The notes: generated by a model not told the origin, from the sequence alone. A stretch of 33,935 nucleotides of DNA from Nitrospinae bacterium RIFCSPLOWO2_12_FULL_45_22 (GCA_001803565.1 MHDQ01000282.1:1-33935); one strand, 5' to 3'. Counted from the first letter of the stretch, positions 9,825-18,730 are shown. Numbers and translations: made by a program.

Positions 9825-10250
9825 TGATAAGGAATTGCTTTTTTGTTTAGGAAAGATTAACATAGCGATAAAGAAGATGGCAACCTTTTTTTTCTAGCTT
9901 TGAAAGGGAATTTCTATTTATCGAGCCAGAAGAAGTAATTAAGAGATAGATAGGGTAGTAAGAGCTTGTTGTGAGGCAGATTTTTTCATAGACTCTCTCG
10001 CCCTTAGGTGAAGATTCCCGGTTGGGTGGGTCTCTGGAAGGTCATCCTCAGGTCTTGCTTGAGGTGCTTCACCCGGTCTCTGGATACCCTGTTTCTTGCG
10101 TATCCCTCGTGATTTATTTGAATACCATCCGTAATAGCGCACCATACTGAAACAAGTTCAGCACAGGTCTGGAATGGTAGATAACTGTGCCCGTCTTCTC
10201 GATATAGCTCATCTTCTCAAGGGAAAAGGTATTGCGGATAATATACTGTG
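9825..10250 (-). mobile_element. Defective IS91-family (Y2 rolling-circle) element, copy 1
   Basis: Transposase remnants QYIIRNTFSLEKM and (frameshifted) MVRYYGWYSNKSRG; oriIS-like terminus ...AAAAGCAATTCCTTATCA on the minus strand; highly similar to 21204-21363 and to the element starting at 23028. Confidence 0.8.
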
Positions 10251-10308
10251 ATCGGGCGGTTTGGAACGGCACGGACTGACATCATGTGGACGCATTTCTG
10301 TCGTGGAA

Positions 10309-10367
10309 ATGGATTGATGAACCACTGGATCACGAGAAAACATCAATCCATTGATCCATCAATCCAT
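10309..10367. repeat. Inverted/direct repeat downstream of the patatin-like gene (possible terminator or REP)
   Basis: ATGGATTGATG (10309-10319) is the reverse complement of CATCAATCCAT at 10341-10351 and at 10357-10367. Confidence 0.55.
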
Positions 10368-10368
10368 G

Positions 10369-13233
10369 CTACGCGTCTCTTTGCCAGCCTTTCAAAGTCT
10401 CAAACTCCGCCAGTGCCTGCTTCCCAAGATGCTCCCCTAGCGCTCGATAGGCCTCGAACTGGGCGTCGTCGAAGAACTGGTCGCCCGTGGATTGATGCGG
10501 AAAATCCGGGTGGTTCTTGTGGTAGTTGTTGATATGCACCGGAACCTCTTGCGCTGGCTCGTTTATGGAGGCTTTCAGGTAAAGCAGTCTTCCTTCCGAC
10601 GGATCCTGATCTGCCGTCTTCGGATAAGAAATTTTGCCTTCCGCTACACTTTTCTTGCTAAGCTGAGAAGACCCATCCTTGTTTTTTTCGGGTACGATCG
10701 CTGTCAAGTCGATATCAATCTCGATATTCTCCTCGATGAAAGCCATTCTGACCGCGTTGTTGAAGGATTCGAACCCGTATTCCGGGTCGGCCTCTCCGTC
10801 GCAGACCACGATGACCCGGCAGCGCCTCTGCAGAAGAGGTAGAAGCCCCAGGTTATCTCCGGTGTGTCCGCCGTCGGATAAGTTGACTATGCGCCCCCGC
10901 GCGGTGAAGCGGCCCAATAATTCCTTCCCCAACCACCAGGGCCAAAAGGTCATCCCCTGCTCCGGATTCCTATCGCTCTTGCAGTAGAGCCACGGATTGG
11001 CCATCCAGTAGCCCAGGCGCACGTTGAACAGAGTAGTCGCGAAGGCCTGCGCCCAGAAAGAATGGTACCCCATGGCTGAGCCTGCCGCTGCTGCCGAGAT
11101 GGTCATGGCCCTGGCCAGCTTGGTTTCGCCGCCGCGATATCTGTCCGTCGGAACATATCCCGTCACTCTGGATCCGATATAGTTCTTGGTGAAGATGAAA
11201 TGCTCGGAAAGCATGGTCTTGCGGTTCAGCTCATCGGAGCCTTGCAGGTTGAGGGCTGCCACGATAATGTGGTAAGGCGCACGATGGTTGTTTTTGCCGA
11301 GATCGGCCAGCCTAAGGTTTTCGCTGTTGCGCACGCTTACCAGCGGCATGCCTTGGCGCTGGTGCGGATCGCTGCGCGTGATACGGGCGTCGGTCTTTAG
11401 GTAAGCCTCGGTCAGCCGGTCCCGGTAGAAGTAATGCGGTGAGATTCGGTTGGAGTTTACCATCGTCCCCAACAAACTGAAAACAACCACGGCGCCGGCG
11501 AAAATAATCAACGGGGCACCATTGATCGCAAACGCAGCCGGAGACCAAACTAGCGTAAACTTCGGGTAAACCGAGGTCAGCAGGAAGGCGGAGACCCAAT
11601 CGAAGGTCAACGCGACAAACAATAAGAGCAAAAGGGTCAGTATGGGTTTCTTGAGTACGTTCATGACTTTGCTTGTTTTCGTCTTCGGATCGAATTTCTT
11701 CTGGAGCACGAAATAGCTTGCCAAAAGCGACACCAGCGACCACCAAAATTTCAGCTTGAAATAACTTAATGAAAATAGCAAGACCAGACCGACCGGCACC
11801 AGCGCGGCCAGCACCACGCCGTAAAAGGCCGCGCCCTGGATCGCGTTGAATAACGAGCGTCGTACCCGATCCCATTCCGGCAGGATCGATTTGCTCCAAG
11901 TACCCAGAACCACAGAAGCAAGCCCGCCGCCAAGCGCAAACGCTAACGGCAGAAAGAGTACGGCCAGGTAACTGCTATTGGCCAGCCTCAATGAATGGTA
12001 AACGCCATACGCCAGCGTCGCCACCGCCGGCACCACAACAGAGGCCCAATTGAAGATAAAAATGTATCTGGATTCAAAATGGTCCTCCACGTTGAAGCCA
12101 GATTTGGCTTGCTCGAAGGCATGGCTTTTAGGGTCGTAGATTCTGTTGCGAACAGAGCGGAGCCTCAAAAAGAAAATCGAGCACCAGACGACTCCGCCGA
12201 TGAAAAAAAACAGATAAGCTGTTTTTTTTTCGGAAAAACCGCCATAAAGCATGTGGTAGAGCGGCTCGCCAATGCGCGCGTAAGCCCATGTTTTGAGCTC
12301 ATTTACAACATAATCGACGCGGCTGTCTTCGACATCACCTGCATACATCAAGATTGAGTCATAGTCGTCGCTGGCCAGGCCGGGCAGTACACCGCGAACA
12401 GTGGCCACAAAATCATCTTTTCCCCTAAAGAAACCCCGATCTTGTAGGTAAACCAGTTGGGCTAGGGCGCTGTCGGAAAAGCCATCGGCTTTTAGGCAGT
12501 CCAACGTCTTCTGCGTAATCTTGTAGTAGCTGTTCTCGGAATAATTGAGCTCCCGTAGAAAAGGCGTGGCGGTTAGGATCGAATCCGGCTTAGAAGCCGA
12601 TCTCCCAAGCCGGTCTCCGGTGTCAGACGGATATTCGGTTATCGCCAACAGAATGAAATGTATCAACGACACGAGGGCAAAAAGGAGAAGCGTGTAGAGT
12701 ACGAGATGGTGCAAGATACCGGCAAAGAGGGTGCCGACGGCGCGCTGGAAATCGCGGCTCAAAATACCCTTGCGCGGAACGATGTACTCGCCGTGGGTGC
12801 GCAGGTGGTGCATCTGATGCCGAACGTTCAGCTTGGTGTCGTCTTTGCCGGCGTATTCAGCCGATTCGTTCAGGCCCACAAAGGGCGAGTTTTCCGGATC
12901 CACGCCAACGACTTCTTGGGCTTCGTCCGGCTTGTCGGGGGAGAGCAGAGATGTCAAACAGCTTCCGATATAGCCGCCACCGGAAACCGTACTCAGGTAG
13001 TCGAATCTCCTGAAGATCCGCCCCTTTATGAAGCTCTGCATGATCCCCAGGCACAGAGTCGCCGAGCGAATACCGCCGCCGGAAAAGCAAATACCAGTTA
13101 GAGAAGCATCGTCGGATAAACTGGGGAGATCGTTTTTCTTGCGCCTATCTTCGATATATGCCTTTTCGGAACGAATGACATCTGCCAAGTCGTGTGTGTG
13201 ACTATCTTGACCGTTTGATGGCTTCCCGTCCAT
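10369..13233 (-). CDS. Large membrane-embedded patatin-like (cPLA2-like) phospholipase
   Basis: GICFSGGGIRSA oxyanion loop; YLSTVSGGGYIG nucleophile elbow; many central TM helices; YFYRDRLTEAY; NLSDGGHTGDNLGL; FPHQSTGDQFFDDAQFEAYRALG; RBS AGGAGGAGG; visibly more GC-rich than host genes. Confidence 0.85.
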   Translation of the reverse strand: MDGKPSNGQDSHTHDLADVIRSEKAYIEDRRKKNDLPSLSDDASLTGICFSGGGIRSATLCLGIMQSFIKGRIFRRFDYLSTVSGGGYIGSCLTSLLSPDKPDEAQEVVGVDPENSPFVGLNESAEYAGKDDTKLNVRHQMHHLRTHGEYIVPRKGILSRDFQRAVGTLFAGILHHLVLYTLLLFALVSLIHFILLAITEYPSDTGDRLGRSASKPDSILTATPFLRELNYSENSYYKITQKTLDCLKADGFSDSALAQLVYLQDRGFFRGKDDFVATVRGVLPGLASDDYDSILMYAGDVEDSRVDYVVNELKTWAYARIGEPLYHMLYGGFSEKKTAYLFFFIGGVVWCSIFFLRLRSVRNRIYDPKSHAFEQAKSGFNVEDHFESRYIFIFNWASVVVPAVATLAYGVYHSLRLANSSYLAVLFLPLAFALGGGLASVVLGTWSKSILPEWDRVRRSLFNAIQGAAFYGVVLAALVPVGLVLLFSLSYFKLKFWWSLVSLLASYFVLQKKFDPKTKTSKVMNVLKKPILTLLLLLFVALTFDWVSAFLLTSVYPKFTLVWSPAAFAINGAPLIIFAGAVVVFSLLGTMVNSNRISPHYFYRDRLTEAYLKTDARITRSDPHQRQGMPLVSVRNSENLRLADLGKNNHRAPYHIIVAALNLQGSDELNRKTMLSEHFIFTKNYIGSRVTGYVPTDRYRGGETKLARAMTISAAAAGSAMGYHSFWAQAFATTLFNVRLGYWMANPWLYCKSDRNPEQGMTFWPWWLGKELLGRFTARGRIVNLSDGGHTGDNLGLLPLLQRRCRVIVVCDGEADPEYGFESFNNAVRMAFIEENIEIDIDLTAIVPEKNKDGSSQLSKKSVAEGKISYPKTADQDPSEGRLLYLKASINEPAQEVPVHINNYHKNHPDFPHQSTGDQFFDDAQFEAYRALGEHLGKQALAEFETLKGWQRDA

Positions 13234-13411
13234 TTTGGTCCTCCTCCTAACCTGAATAATTCCTATTTCCTAACGCGGCAAGAGCCGCAAATCGAAAACT
13301 TTGGGTATTAAAAATGTGGCTCTATGTCGATCAGTGTGGGTAAAATAGTAGTGCTTAAGAATGTGTTTGCCAACGGATGTACACTGACTAAAAATGACCC
13401 CCTCTGTTAAT

Positions 13412-13645
13412 CTAAGTGGTCTTGCTTTCTTTAAGGCGATAGACACTGATAGCCATGTCCGGGCACATCTGACCGCAGATACCGCAAGCATTACATTTCT
13501 CAGGTTCGGATATAACAGGCAATAGATAGCCCTCTGGATTGATCTTTCCCTGGGAAAGCGTAATACAGGATTGAGGGCAAAATACTATGCACAATTCACA
13601 TCCCTTACAAAGGATTTCATTAATGACAACCTCTCCCTTAGCCAC
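13412..13645 (-). CDS. 2[4Fe-4S] ferredoxin, 2-oxoacid:ferredoxin oxidoreductase delta subunit
   Basis: CKGCELCIVFCP and CNACGICGQMCPDMAI; last gene of the operon. Confidence 0.92.
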   Translation of the reverse strand: MAKGEVVINEILCKGCELCIVFCPQSCITLSQGKINPEGYLLPVISEPEKCNACGICGQMCPDMAISVYRLKESKTT

Positions 13646-13670
13646 TTTTCTCTCCCCATATGAACCGAGG

Positions 13671-14234
13671 TTAATCTTTATAATTCCTTACCAGCTTAGC
13701 TCCTTCTCGTAGGGCTTTTTTATTGAGGGGCAACAGCGTTTCCCAAATTTCAGCCCCCCTTCCCCGGGACCGCTCTCCCAGGCCATCTTCGACAGCCTCG
13801 ATGGGTAGGGCCTGGGTTGCTTCCAGATAAGCACCCAAAAAAATCAGGTTAGCTACCCGTCCAGAACCGATCTCAGTAGCTCGCTTTGTTGCCGGCAGAT
13901 AATAAGTCTGAACGTCATTCCTTGCGATTTTTTCTTTTGATAAAGTGCTATCTAGAAAAAATATCCCTCCTGGCTTCACTCGGCTTTGATATTCTGAAAG
14001 GAATTGGGGATGCATAAGGATCACGGACGGTACTTCTAAGCGGAGGGCCGACTTGATCTCTTGATCTGAAAGAATGGTAATAGACTCACTTGGCCAGCCG
14101 CGCATTAATGTGGCATAATTGGGAAAAAAGGTTACATAGTTATATTTTTTCATACCTGTTTCCGCCAGCAGTCTTCCAGCCAGGAGCACACCCTGTCCTC
14201 CTACGCCAGCTATTGCGACTTCAAATCTACTCAT
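13671..14234 (-). CDS. 2-oxoacid:ferredoxin oxidoreductase gamma subunit
   Basis: IAGVGGQGVLLAG, ANLIFLGAY, LNKKALREG. Confidence 0.92.
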   Translation of the reverse strand: MSRFEVAIAGVGGQGVLLAGRLLAETGMKKYNYVTFFPNYATLMRGWPSESITILSDQEIKSALRLEVPSVILMHPQFLSEYQSRVKPGGIFFLDSTLSKEKIARNDVQTYYLPATKRATEIGSGRVANLIFLGAYLEATQALPIEAVEDGLGERSRGRGAEIWETLLPLNKKALREGAKLVRNYKD

Positions 14235-14245
14235 GTCTCCGCCTC

Positions 14246-15031
14246 CTATCCATCAGAGAGATGTTCTATATAGTCAACATTTTTAAACTCGCCTAAAGGA
14301 TATTCAGCTATCATCTGGTTTTCAATGAAATCCAGACATTCCTTCGGCCCCAGGTGCCAATTCACTGGGCAGGCTGACAGGAATTCTACAATACTAAAAC
14401 CCACACCAGCAATTTGCTTCTCAAAGGCAGTCTTTAATGCCTTTTTTGCCTTTTGGCGATTGGCTGGCGTGTGAACACTCATCCGGGCGGAGTAAGCAGT
14501 CCCCTTCATTGATGCTGCCAGCTCTGCGCCATGAAAAGGAAAGCCAGTGATCTTAGGATCTCTTCCCTGGGTCGTGGTGGTGGTACGCATACCCAATAGG
14601 GTAGTCGGGGCCATCTGGCCACCAGTGGTGCCGAAGCAGGCATTATTTAGAAATATAGTAGTAATTTTTTCTCCCCGTAAGGTTGCGGCCATAAAATAAC
14701 CTAAGCCAATGGCGCCCATTTCTCCATCTCCCTGGGCGGCAAAGACAATGGAATCTGGATGCACCCGTTTAATAGCCGTTGCTATAGCCAATCCAGGACC
14801 GTGTACTCCACCATACATATCCAGGTCGAAATACATAGTCCAAAAACCCGTGCATCCTCCACCTCCCAACCCTATCGTTCGATCTTCTATCCCTAATTCT
14901 TCTATTACTTCGCAGATCATCCGTATAATTATTCCATAATGACATCCTGGACAGTTCATAATGGGTATGCTCTGCAATCTCGTTCTAGGTGGTTCACAAA
15001 CCACCTCTTTGGTTATCTCTTTTTTAGTCAT
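14246..15031 (-). CDS. 2-oxoacid:ferredoxin oxidoreductase beta (TPP-binding) subunit
   Basis: CPGCHYG, QGDGEMGAIG...NN, GTTGGQMAPTT, LSACPVNW. Confidence 0.92.
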   Translation of the reverse strand: MTKKEITKEVVCEPPRTRLQSIPIMNCPGCHYGIIIRMICEVIEELGIEDRTIGLGGGGCTGFWTMYFDLDMYGGVHGPGLAIATAIKRVHPDSIVFAAQGDGEMGAIGLGYFMAATLRGEKITTIFLNNACFGTTGGQMAPTTLLGMRTTTTTQGRDPKITGFPFHGAELAASMKGTAYSARMSVHTPANRQKAKKALKTAFEKQIAGVGFSIVEFLSACPVNWHLGPKECLDFIENQMIAEYPLGEFKNVDYIEHLSDG

Positions 15032-16101
15032 AAGAGACTCTTCACCTCCTTAAGAATTCTTTCGGGAAAGATGAGCCCTTGAGGGCCTGGATTATGCCGG
15101 GCCAGTATGTTTAAAAGAGATACCCGGGCCGAGTCGCCCGCACTGGCTTGCACATCTTCTACTAATTCGCCTGGGCTATCCTCAACCACTAAAATATTTC
15201 CTATCCTGGCGCCTAGCTCTTTAACGGCCTTTTGCGGGAAGGGCCACAGTGTTATGGGCCGCAACAAACCGACTTTTATCCCCTTCTCTCTAGCCATATC
15301 TACTGCGTCTTGGGATGATCTGGCTGAGGAACCATAAGCAACCAACAACAACTCTGCGTCGTCAGTGAGACATGTCTCATACTTGGTTTCTGTCTCGGCT
15401 ATACGGTTATATTTTTCAATCTGGTGGCTAAAATATCCCGGGATTCCTCCAGGGGCCATTAACCCCGAAAGAATCTGTTTGGATTTACCCCCCTTTTTTC
15501 CTTTTCCTACCAGGGCCCAATCCTTTTCTGGCAAATGATCAAAATTAAGGGGTTTGGGGTCAACCAGTTCTGACATGCGACCCAATATAAAGTCCGTAAG
15601 GATAATTACTAAAATGCGATATTTTTCGGCCAAATAAAAGGCCCATTGGGTAAAATCCAAAATTTCCTGCACCGAATAAGGAGCCAGGACAATGCTGCGG
15701 TAGGCCCCATGGCCTCCGCCTTTAGTTGCCTGGCGGTAATCGGTCTGGCCCTGTTGGGTAGTTCCTGCCCCCGGCCCGAGACGCATTACATCGACAATAA
15801 CAGCTGGAACCTCTGTTACTGCCATATGAGAAATAGCCTCTTGCATGAGGCTGAAGCCCGGGCTTGAGGTGGCAGTCATACAGCGGGCACCGGCCAGGGT
15901 TCCCCCAAAAAGCATGAATCCAGCCGCAGTTTCCCCTTCGGATTGTAAGTAGACACCCCCTATCTTGGGTAACTCCCGAGAAAAGAATTCAGCGATCTCA
16001 TTCTGGGGAGTAATAGGATAGCCAAAAAAATGTTTACAACCAGCCAGGAGCGCCCCGCGTCCTACGGCTTCGTTACCATCTATAATGACCTTTCCTGCCA
16101 A
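15028..16101 (-). CDS. 2-oxoacid:ferredoxin oxidoreductase alpha subunit (Vor/Kor type)
   Basis: GNEAVGRGA, FGYPITPQNE, TATSSPGFSLMQE, LRPITLWPFP; TTG start with RBS AGGAGGTG. Confidence 0.92.
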   Translation of the reverse strand: MAGKVIIDGNEAVGRGALLAGCKHFFGYPITPQNEIAEFFSRELPKIGGVYLQSEGETAAGFMLFGGTLAGARCMTATSSPGFSLMQEAISHMAVTEVPAVIVDVMRLGPGAGTTQQGQTDYRQATKGGGHGAYRSIVLAPYSVQEILDFTQWAFYLAEKYRILVIILTDFILGRMSELVDPKPLNFDHLPEKDWALVGKGKKGGKSKQILSGLMAPGGIPGYFSHQIEKYNRIAETETKYETCLTDDAELLLVAYGSSARSSQDAVDMAREKGIKVGLLRPITLWPFPQKAVKELGARIGNILVVEDSPGELVEDVQASAGDSARVSLLNILARHNPGPQGLIFPERILKEVKSLL

Positions 16102-16286
16102 ATCTTATCACCTCCTTAATTTTTCTTGGTCTTGGATTGAATTAATCTCCCATCACACCCAAGGATCTAAAACTTACCTTTGCTAATGCTCAACAATGGC
16201 TAAAACAATGGCTCTGTATCCTATGGAACTGATCCTGATTAGGAACTGATAACTGATAGGAAATCGCTTTTTAAGCCGATAGAGAC

Positions 16287-16295
16287 ATTATAACA
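16287..16295 (-). promoter_or_regulatory. Extended -10 promoter candidate for the 2-oxoacid oxidoreductase operon
   Basis: Minus strand TGtTATAAT, about 185 bp upstream of the alpha-subunit start. Confidence 0.4.
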
Positions 16296-16331
16296 TAACA
16301 AAATACTACAAATTTCAACTATTTTTTCAGG

Positions 16332-16345
16332 NNNNNNNNNNNNNN
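16332..16345. other. Assembly gap (14 N) flanked by a 68-bp exact duplication
   Basis: 16264-16331 is identical to 16346-16413, typical of overlapping contig ends. Confidence 0.9.
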
Positions 16346-16462
16346 TCGCTTTTTAAGCCGATAGAGACATTATAACATAACAAAATACTACAAATTTCAA
16401 CTATTTTTTCAGGTTTTGCCCCAAACTTATTTTTTATGGCATAAAAGATTTTCCATTTTGTT

Positions 16463-16696
16463 TTGGGGCCAGGTTTGCTTGATCAATATACAATTAAGAG
16501 GTTCCGCAGTGATAGTGCAGCTTATCAAGCAAAGATTATAAATTACTCCGAAGAGCAAGAGATAGAATATAGTATCACGGCGGATCAAGATAGTGCGGTT
16601 AAGAAGGCGATAGAGGCTATCCCAGTAGAGGATTGGAAGCCCCTGAAAGGCAGGGAGGGTGCCTGCATAGCAGAGAGGGAGAGATTCGGGTCTTGA
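16463..16696 (+). pseudogene. IS1380-family DDE transposase internal fragment
   Basis: IKRFRSDSAAYQAKII...YSITADQDSAVKKAIEAIP..DWKP resembles the RxDSA segment of IS1380-type transposases; both termini missing. Confidence 0.65.
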
Positions 16697-16919
16697 TTTT
16701 TGAATTAGTTTATGCCATGTTGTCTTTATGCCAAGAGCATTAAGAATAGAGTCTCGATGAATCCCTTATAAAGGCAAAGAGTAACCGGGAAAAGGCTGAA
16801 AAAATTGGTGAGCAAGGGTTGAGTAGACCAAAAAAAGCAGATGAACAACTCAAACTGGACAAAGCTTCCATCCATCCTCTTTTCCTCAGAGGTGGAGGGC
16901 CAAAAATGAGAGGTGCAAA

Positions 16920-17168
16920 ATGGTGACAATAAAAGGGATATATGATGGGGAAAAGATAGAACTATTAGAGGAAGTCCCCTTCAGAGAAAAGAAAAAAGTG
17001 GTCGTTACTTTTCTTGACGAAGTTCCTGAGAATACCGATATGCTGCCATCTGGTATTGCTCCTATTGAAGCCTTAAAAGGTTGTGCAAGGGGTTCAAACT
17101 TGACTGAAAAACTACTTGAATCCAGGAAAAAGGATTTAGACCTTGAAGAAGCAAAATGGAGAAAATGA
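16920..17168 (+). CDS. Putative antitoxin (DUF104/AF2212-like N-terminus)
   Basis: TIKGIYDGEKIELLEEVP..KKVVVTF; RBS GAGGTG; overlaps a PIN-domain gene. Confidence 0.7.
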   Translation: MVTIKGIYDGEKIELLEEVPFREKKKVVVTFLDEVPENTDMLPSGIAPIEALKGCARGSNLTEKLLESRKKDLDLEEAKWRK

Positions 17169-17581
17169 GTATTATGTTTTGGACAGTTCTGCCTTTTTAG
17201 CGCTGTTCGAGGATGAAAATGGGGCTGAAACTGTTCAGAACCTGCTTGACCAAGCAACACGGGGGGGAGTTATTATCTTCGTCTCCTTTGTAACTTTTAC
17301 TGAGATTTTCTACATTACCTTTCGAGAAAAAGGAGAAAAAGAGGCAAGAAAACAAACCAAACTAATGAATAGGCTTGCTATAACGCGAGTAGAATCTTCC
17401 CAGGAACTTGGCCTAATAGCGGGAAGGTTGAAAGCCACAAATAAAATCTCTTTTGCCGATGCCTGGATTGCTGCTACAGCGATATTTTACGCTGCCACCT
17501 TGGTGCATTAAGGATCCTGAGTTTGAGCAATTAGAGGACGAAGTTAAAGTATTGAAGCTACCATACACAAAGAGTGCATAG
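17143..17581 (+). pseudogene. vapC: VapC PIN-domain toxin, frameshifted near the C-terminus
   Basis: YVLDSSAFLA, TFTEIFY, ISFADAWIAATA..TLVH then TAA; removing one T at 17508-17509 restores HKDPEFEQLEDEVKVLKLPYTKSA* (TAG 17579-17581). Confidence 0.85.
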
Positions 17582-17604
17582 ATGCTAAGAGGGTTAATCC
17601 CTCA

Positions 17605-18369
17605 TTATTTTTGTGAAGAAAGGAGGCTGTCTATGGCCTCCCTGAAACTAGCATAGGGCTGGGCTCCCCTTATTACCCTGAGCACTTTTACCTTTGAGTT
17701 TTTGGGGTCCGTAAATCCCAAGAAAAAGATGGGTGTGCCTCTTAAGCCGCTCTTTTGCCCCTCTGCTATATCGTTGCGGATTTCAGTAGCGTGTTTGCCG
17801 CTATCAAGGCATTGTTGGAATTCAGGCATGTCTAGCCCGAGGGCCTGGGCATGTCCTGATAAATCCTTCGGGCTCAGGGCCTTTTGATGAGCAAAGAGCC
17901 GGGCATGCATCTCCCAGTATTTTCCTTGTTCACCGGCGCAGTTGGCCGCCTCGGCCGCCTTGAAGGCCTCTTTGTGGATGGATTCAATAGGAAAGTTGCG
18001 GAAGACATATTTGACCTTGCCGGTCTTGATATAATCCCGCTCGATCTGGGGCACCGTCTCCCGGAAGTGCCGGGCACAAAAGGGTCACTGGTAATCAGAA
18101 AACTCGATCAGGGTCAGCTTAGCATTCTTGTCCCCTTTAAAGGGATTATCAGCGACATTTAGAACAACCTCCTGGGGCAGCTGTTTCCCTTGCAGGATGT
18201 TTCTAATCTCCTGGAGCTCCTTTTGGATGGCTCTCTGGCCTTCTTTGAGCGCCTCTATCTCTTTTCGCAAAGCCTTCAACTCTTCACTGGATTGAGTAAA
18301 GCCCGATTGAGGGCAAAAGAAAGTCAATAGACACAACCCAAGAAGAATCCTTTGAAATATATTTATCAT
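17605..18369 (-). CDS. Exported DsbA-like thiol-disulfide oxidoreductase, predicted selenoprotein (UxxC; in-frame TGA at 18085-18087)
   Basis: ORFs 18085-18420 and 17605-18054 share a frame. Joined they read signal peptide, coiled coil, KGDKNAKLTLIEFSDYQ-U-PFCARHFRETVPQIERDYIKTGKVKYVFRNFP...GLRGTPIFF...GAQPY. Confidence 0.85.
18050..18071 (-). promoter_or_regulatory. Candidate bacterial SECIS hairpin
   Basis: mRNA UGA CCCUUUUGUGCCC GGCAC UUC CGG GAG ACG GUGCC: GGCAC/GUGCC stem with a small G-containing apical loop, starting 14 nt after UGA. Confidence 0.55.
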
Positions 18370-18449
18370 AGCTTTATCCATCAAAAAACAGGGCAGACAG
18401 CCTCGCAAGAAGCCACCCACCTTGTCCTATTGCAAATCCCTTCAGCGGG

Positions 18450-18523
18450 ATCTAACTCATGTCTTGCCGGGCCTGTTTGGGTCGAATGACCAAAGGGAGC
18501 AAGCTGTAAAACCGATGTTATAA
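18450..18523 (-). repeat. Degenerate attC-like site
   Basis: Minus strand TTATAAC ... GTTAGAT (GTTRRRY), 74 bp, just after a stop codon; internal stems CTTGC/GCAAG and TTTGG/CCAAA; arms asymmetric. Confidence 0.35.
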
Positions 18524-18532
18524 GGCATCGGC

Positions 18533-18730
18533 CTATCCTTGGTGCTTTGCAATCAGTTCCCGGACGGCAGGGACCAATTCATTAGGAATCTCTATGACAG
18601 TCTGGGTTCGATCTTCAAACGTCCATTCGTCTTCCGCAACCGCCTCCTCTTCCGTCTGTTCCTCGTAGTGGGTCAGAACCCTGCGGACTCTTGCTTCATC
18701 CCAGCCGGGTGGAAACTTGCTTTGCTTCAT
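18533..18730 (-). CDS. Small acidic putative antitoxin
   Basis: 65 aa, FPPGWDEARVRRVLTHYEEQTEEEAVAEDE; ATGA overlap with the upstream toxin-like gene. Confidence 0.65.
   Translation of the reverse strand: MKQSKFPPGWDEARVRRVLTHYEEQTEEEAVAEDEWTFEDRTQTVIEIPNELVPAVRELIAKHQG

Noticed and set aside
10248-13101. Numerous overlapping ORFs within the patatin-like gene
   Set aside because: Alternative-frame or antisense ORFs expected in GC-rich coding DNA; no recognisable motifs.
16264-16413. 68-bp perfect direct repeat
   Set aside because: It flanks the N-gap exactly, so it is best explained as overlapping contig ends and not a biological duplication or att site.
17509-17511. Stop-codon recoding in vapC
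   Set aside because: The stop is TAA and the continuation is in a different frame, so this is an indel and not Sec/Pyl read-through.
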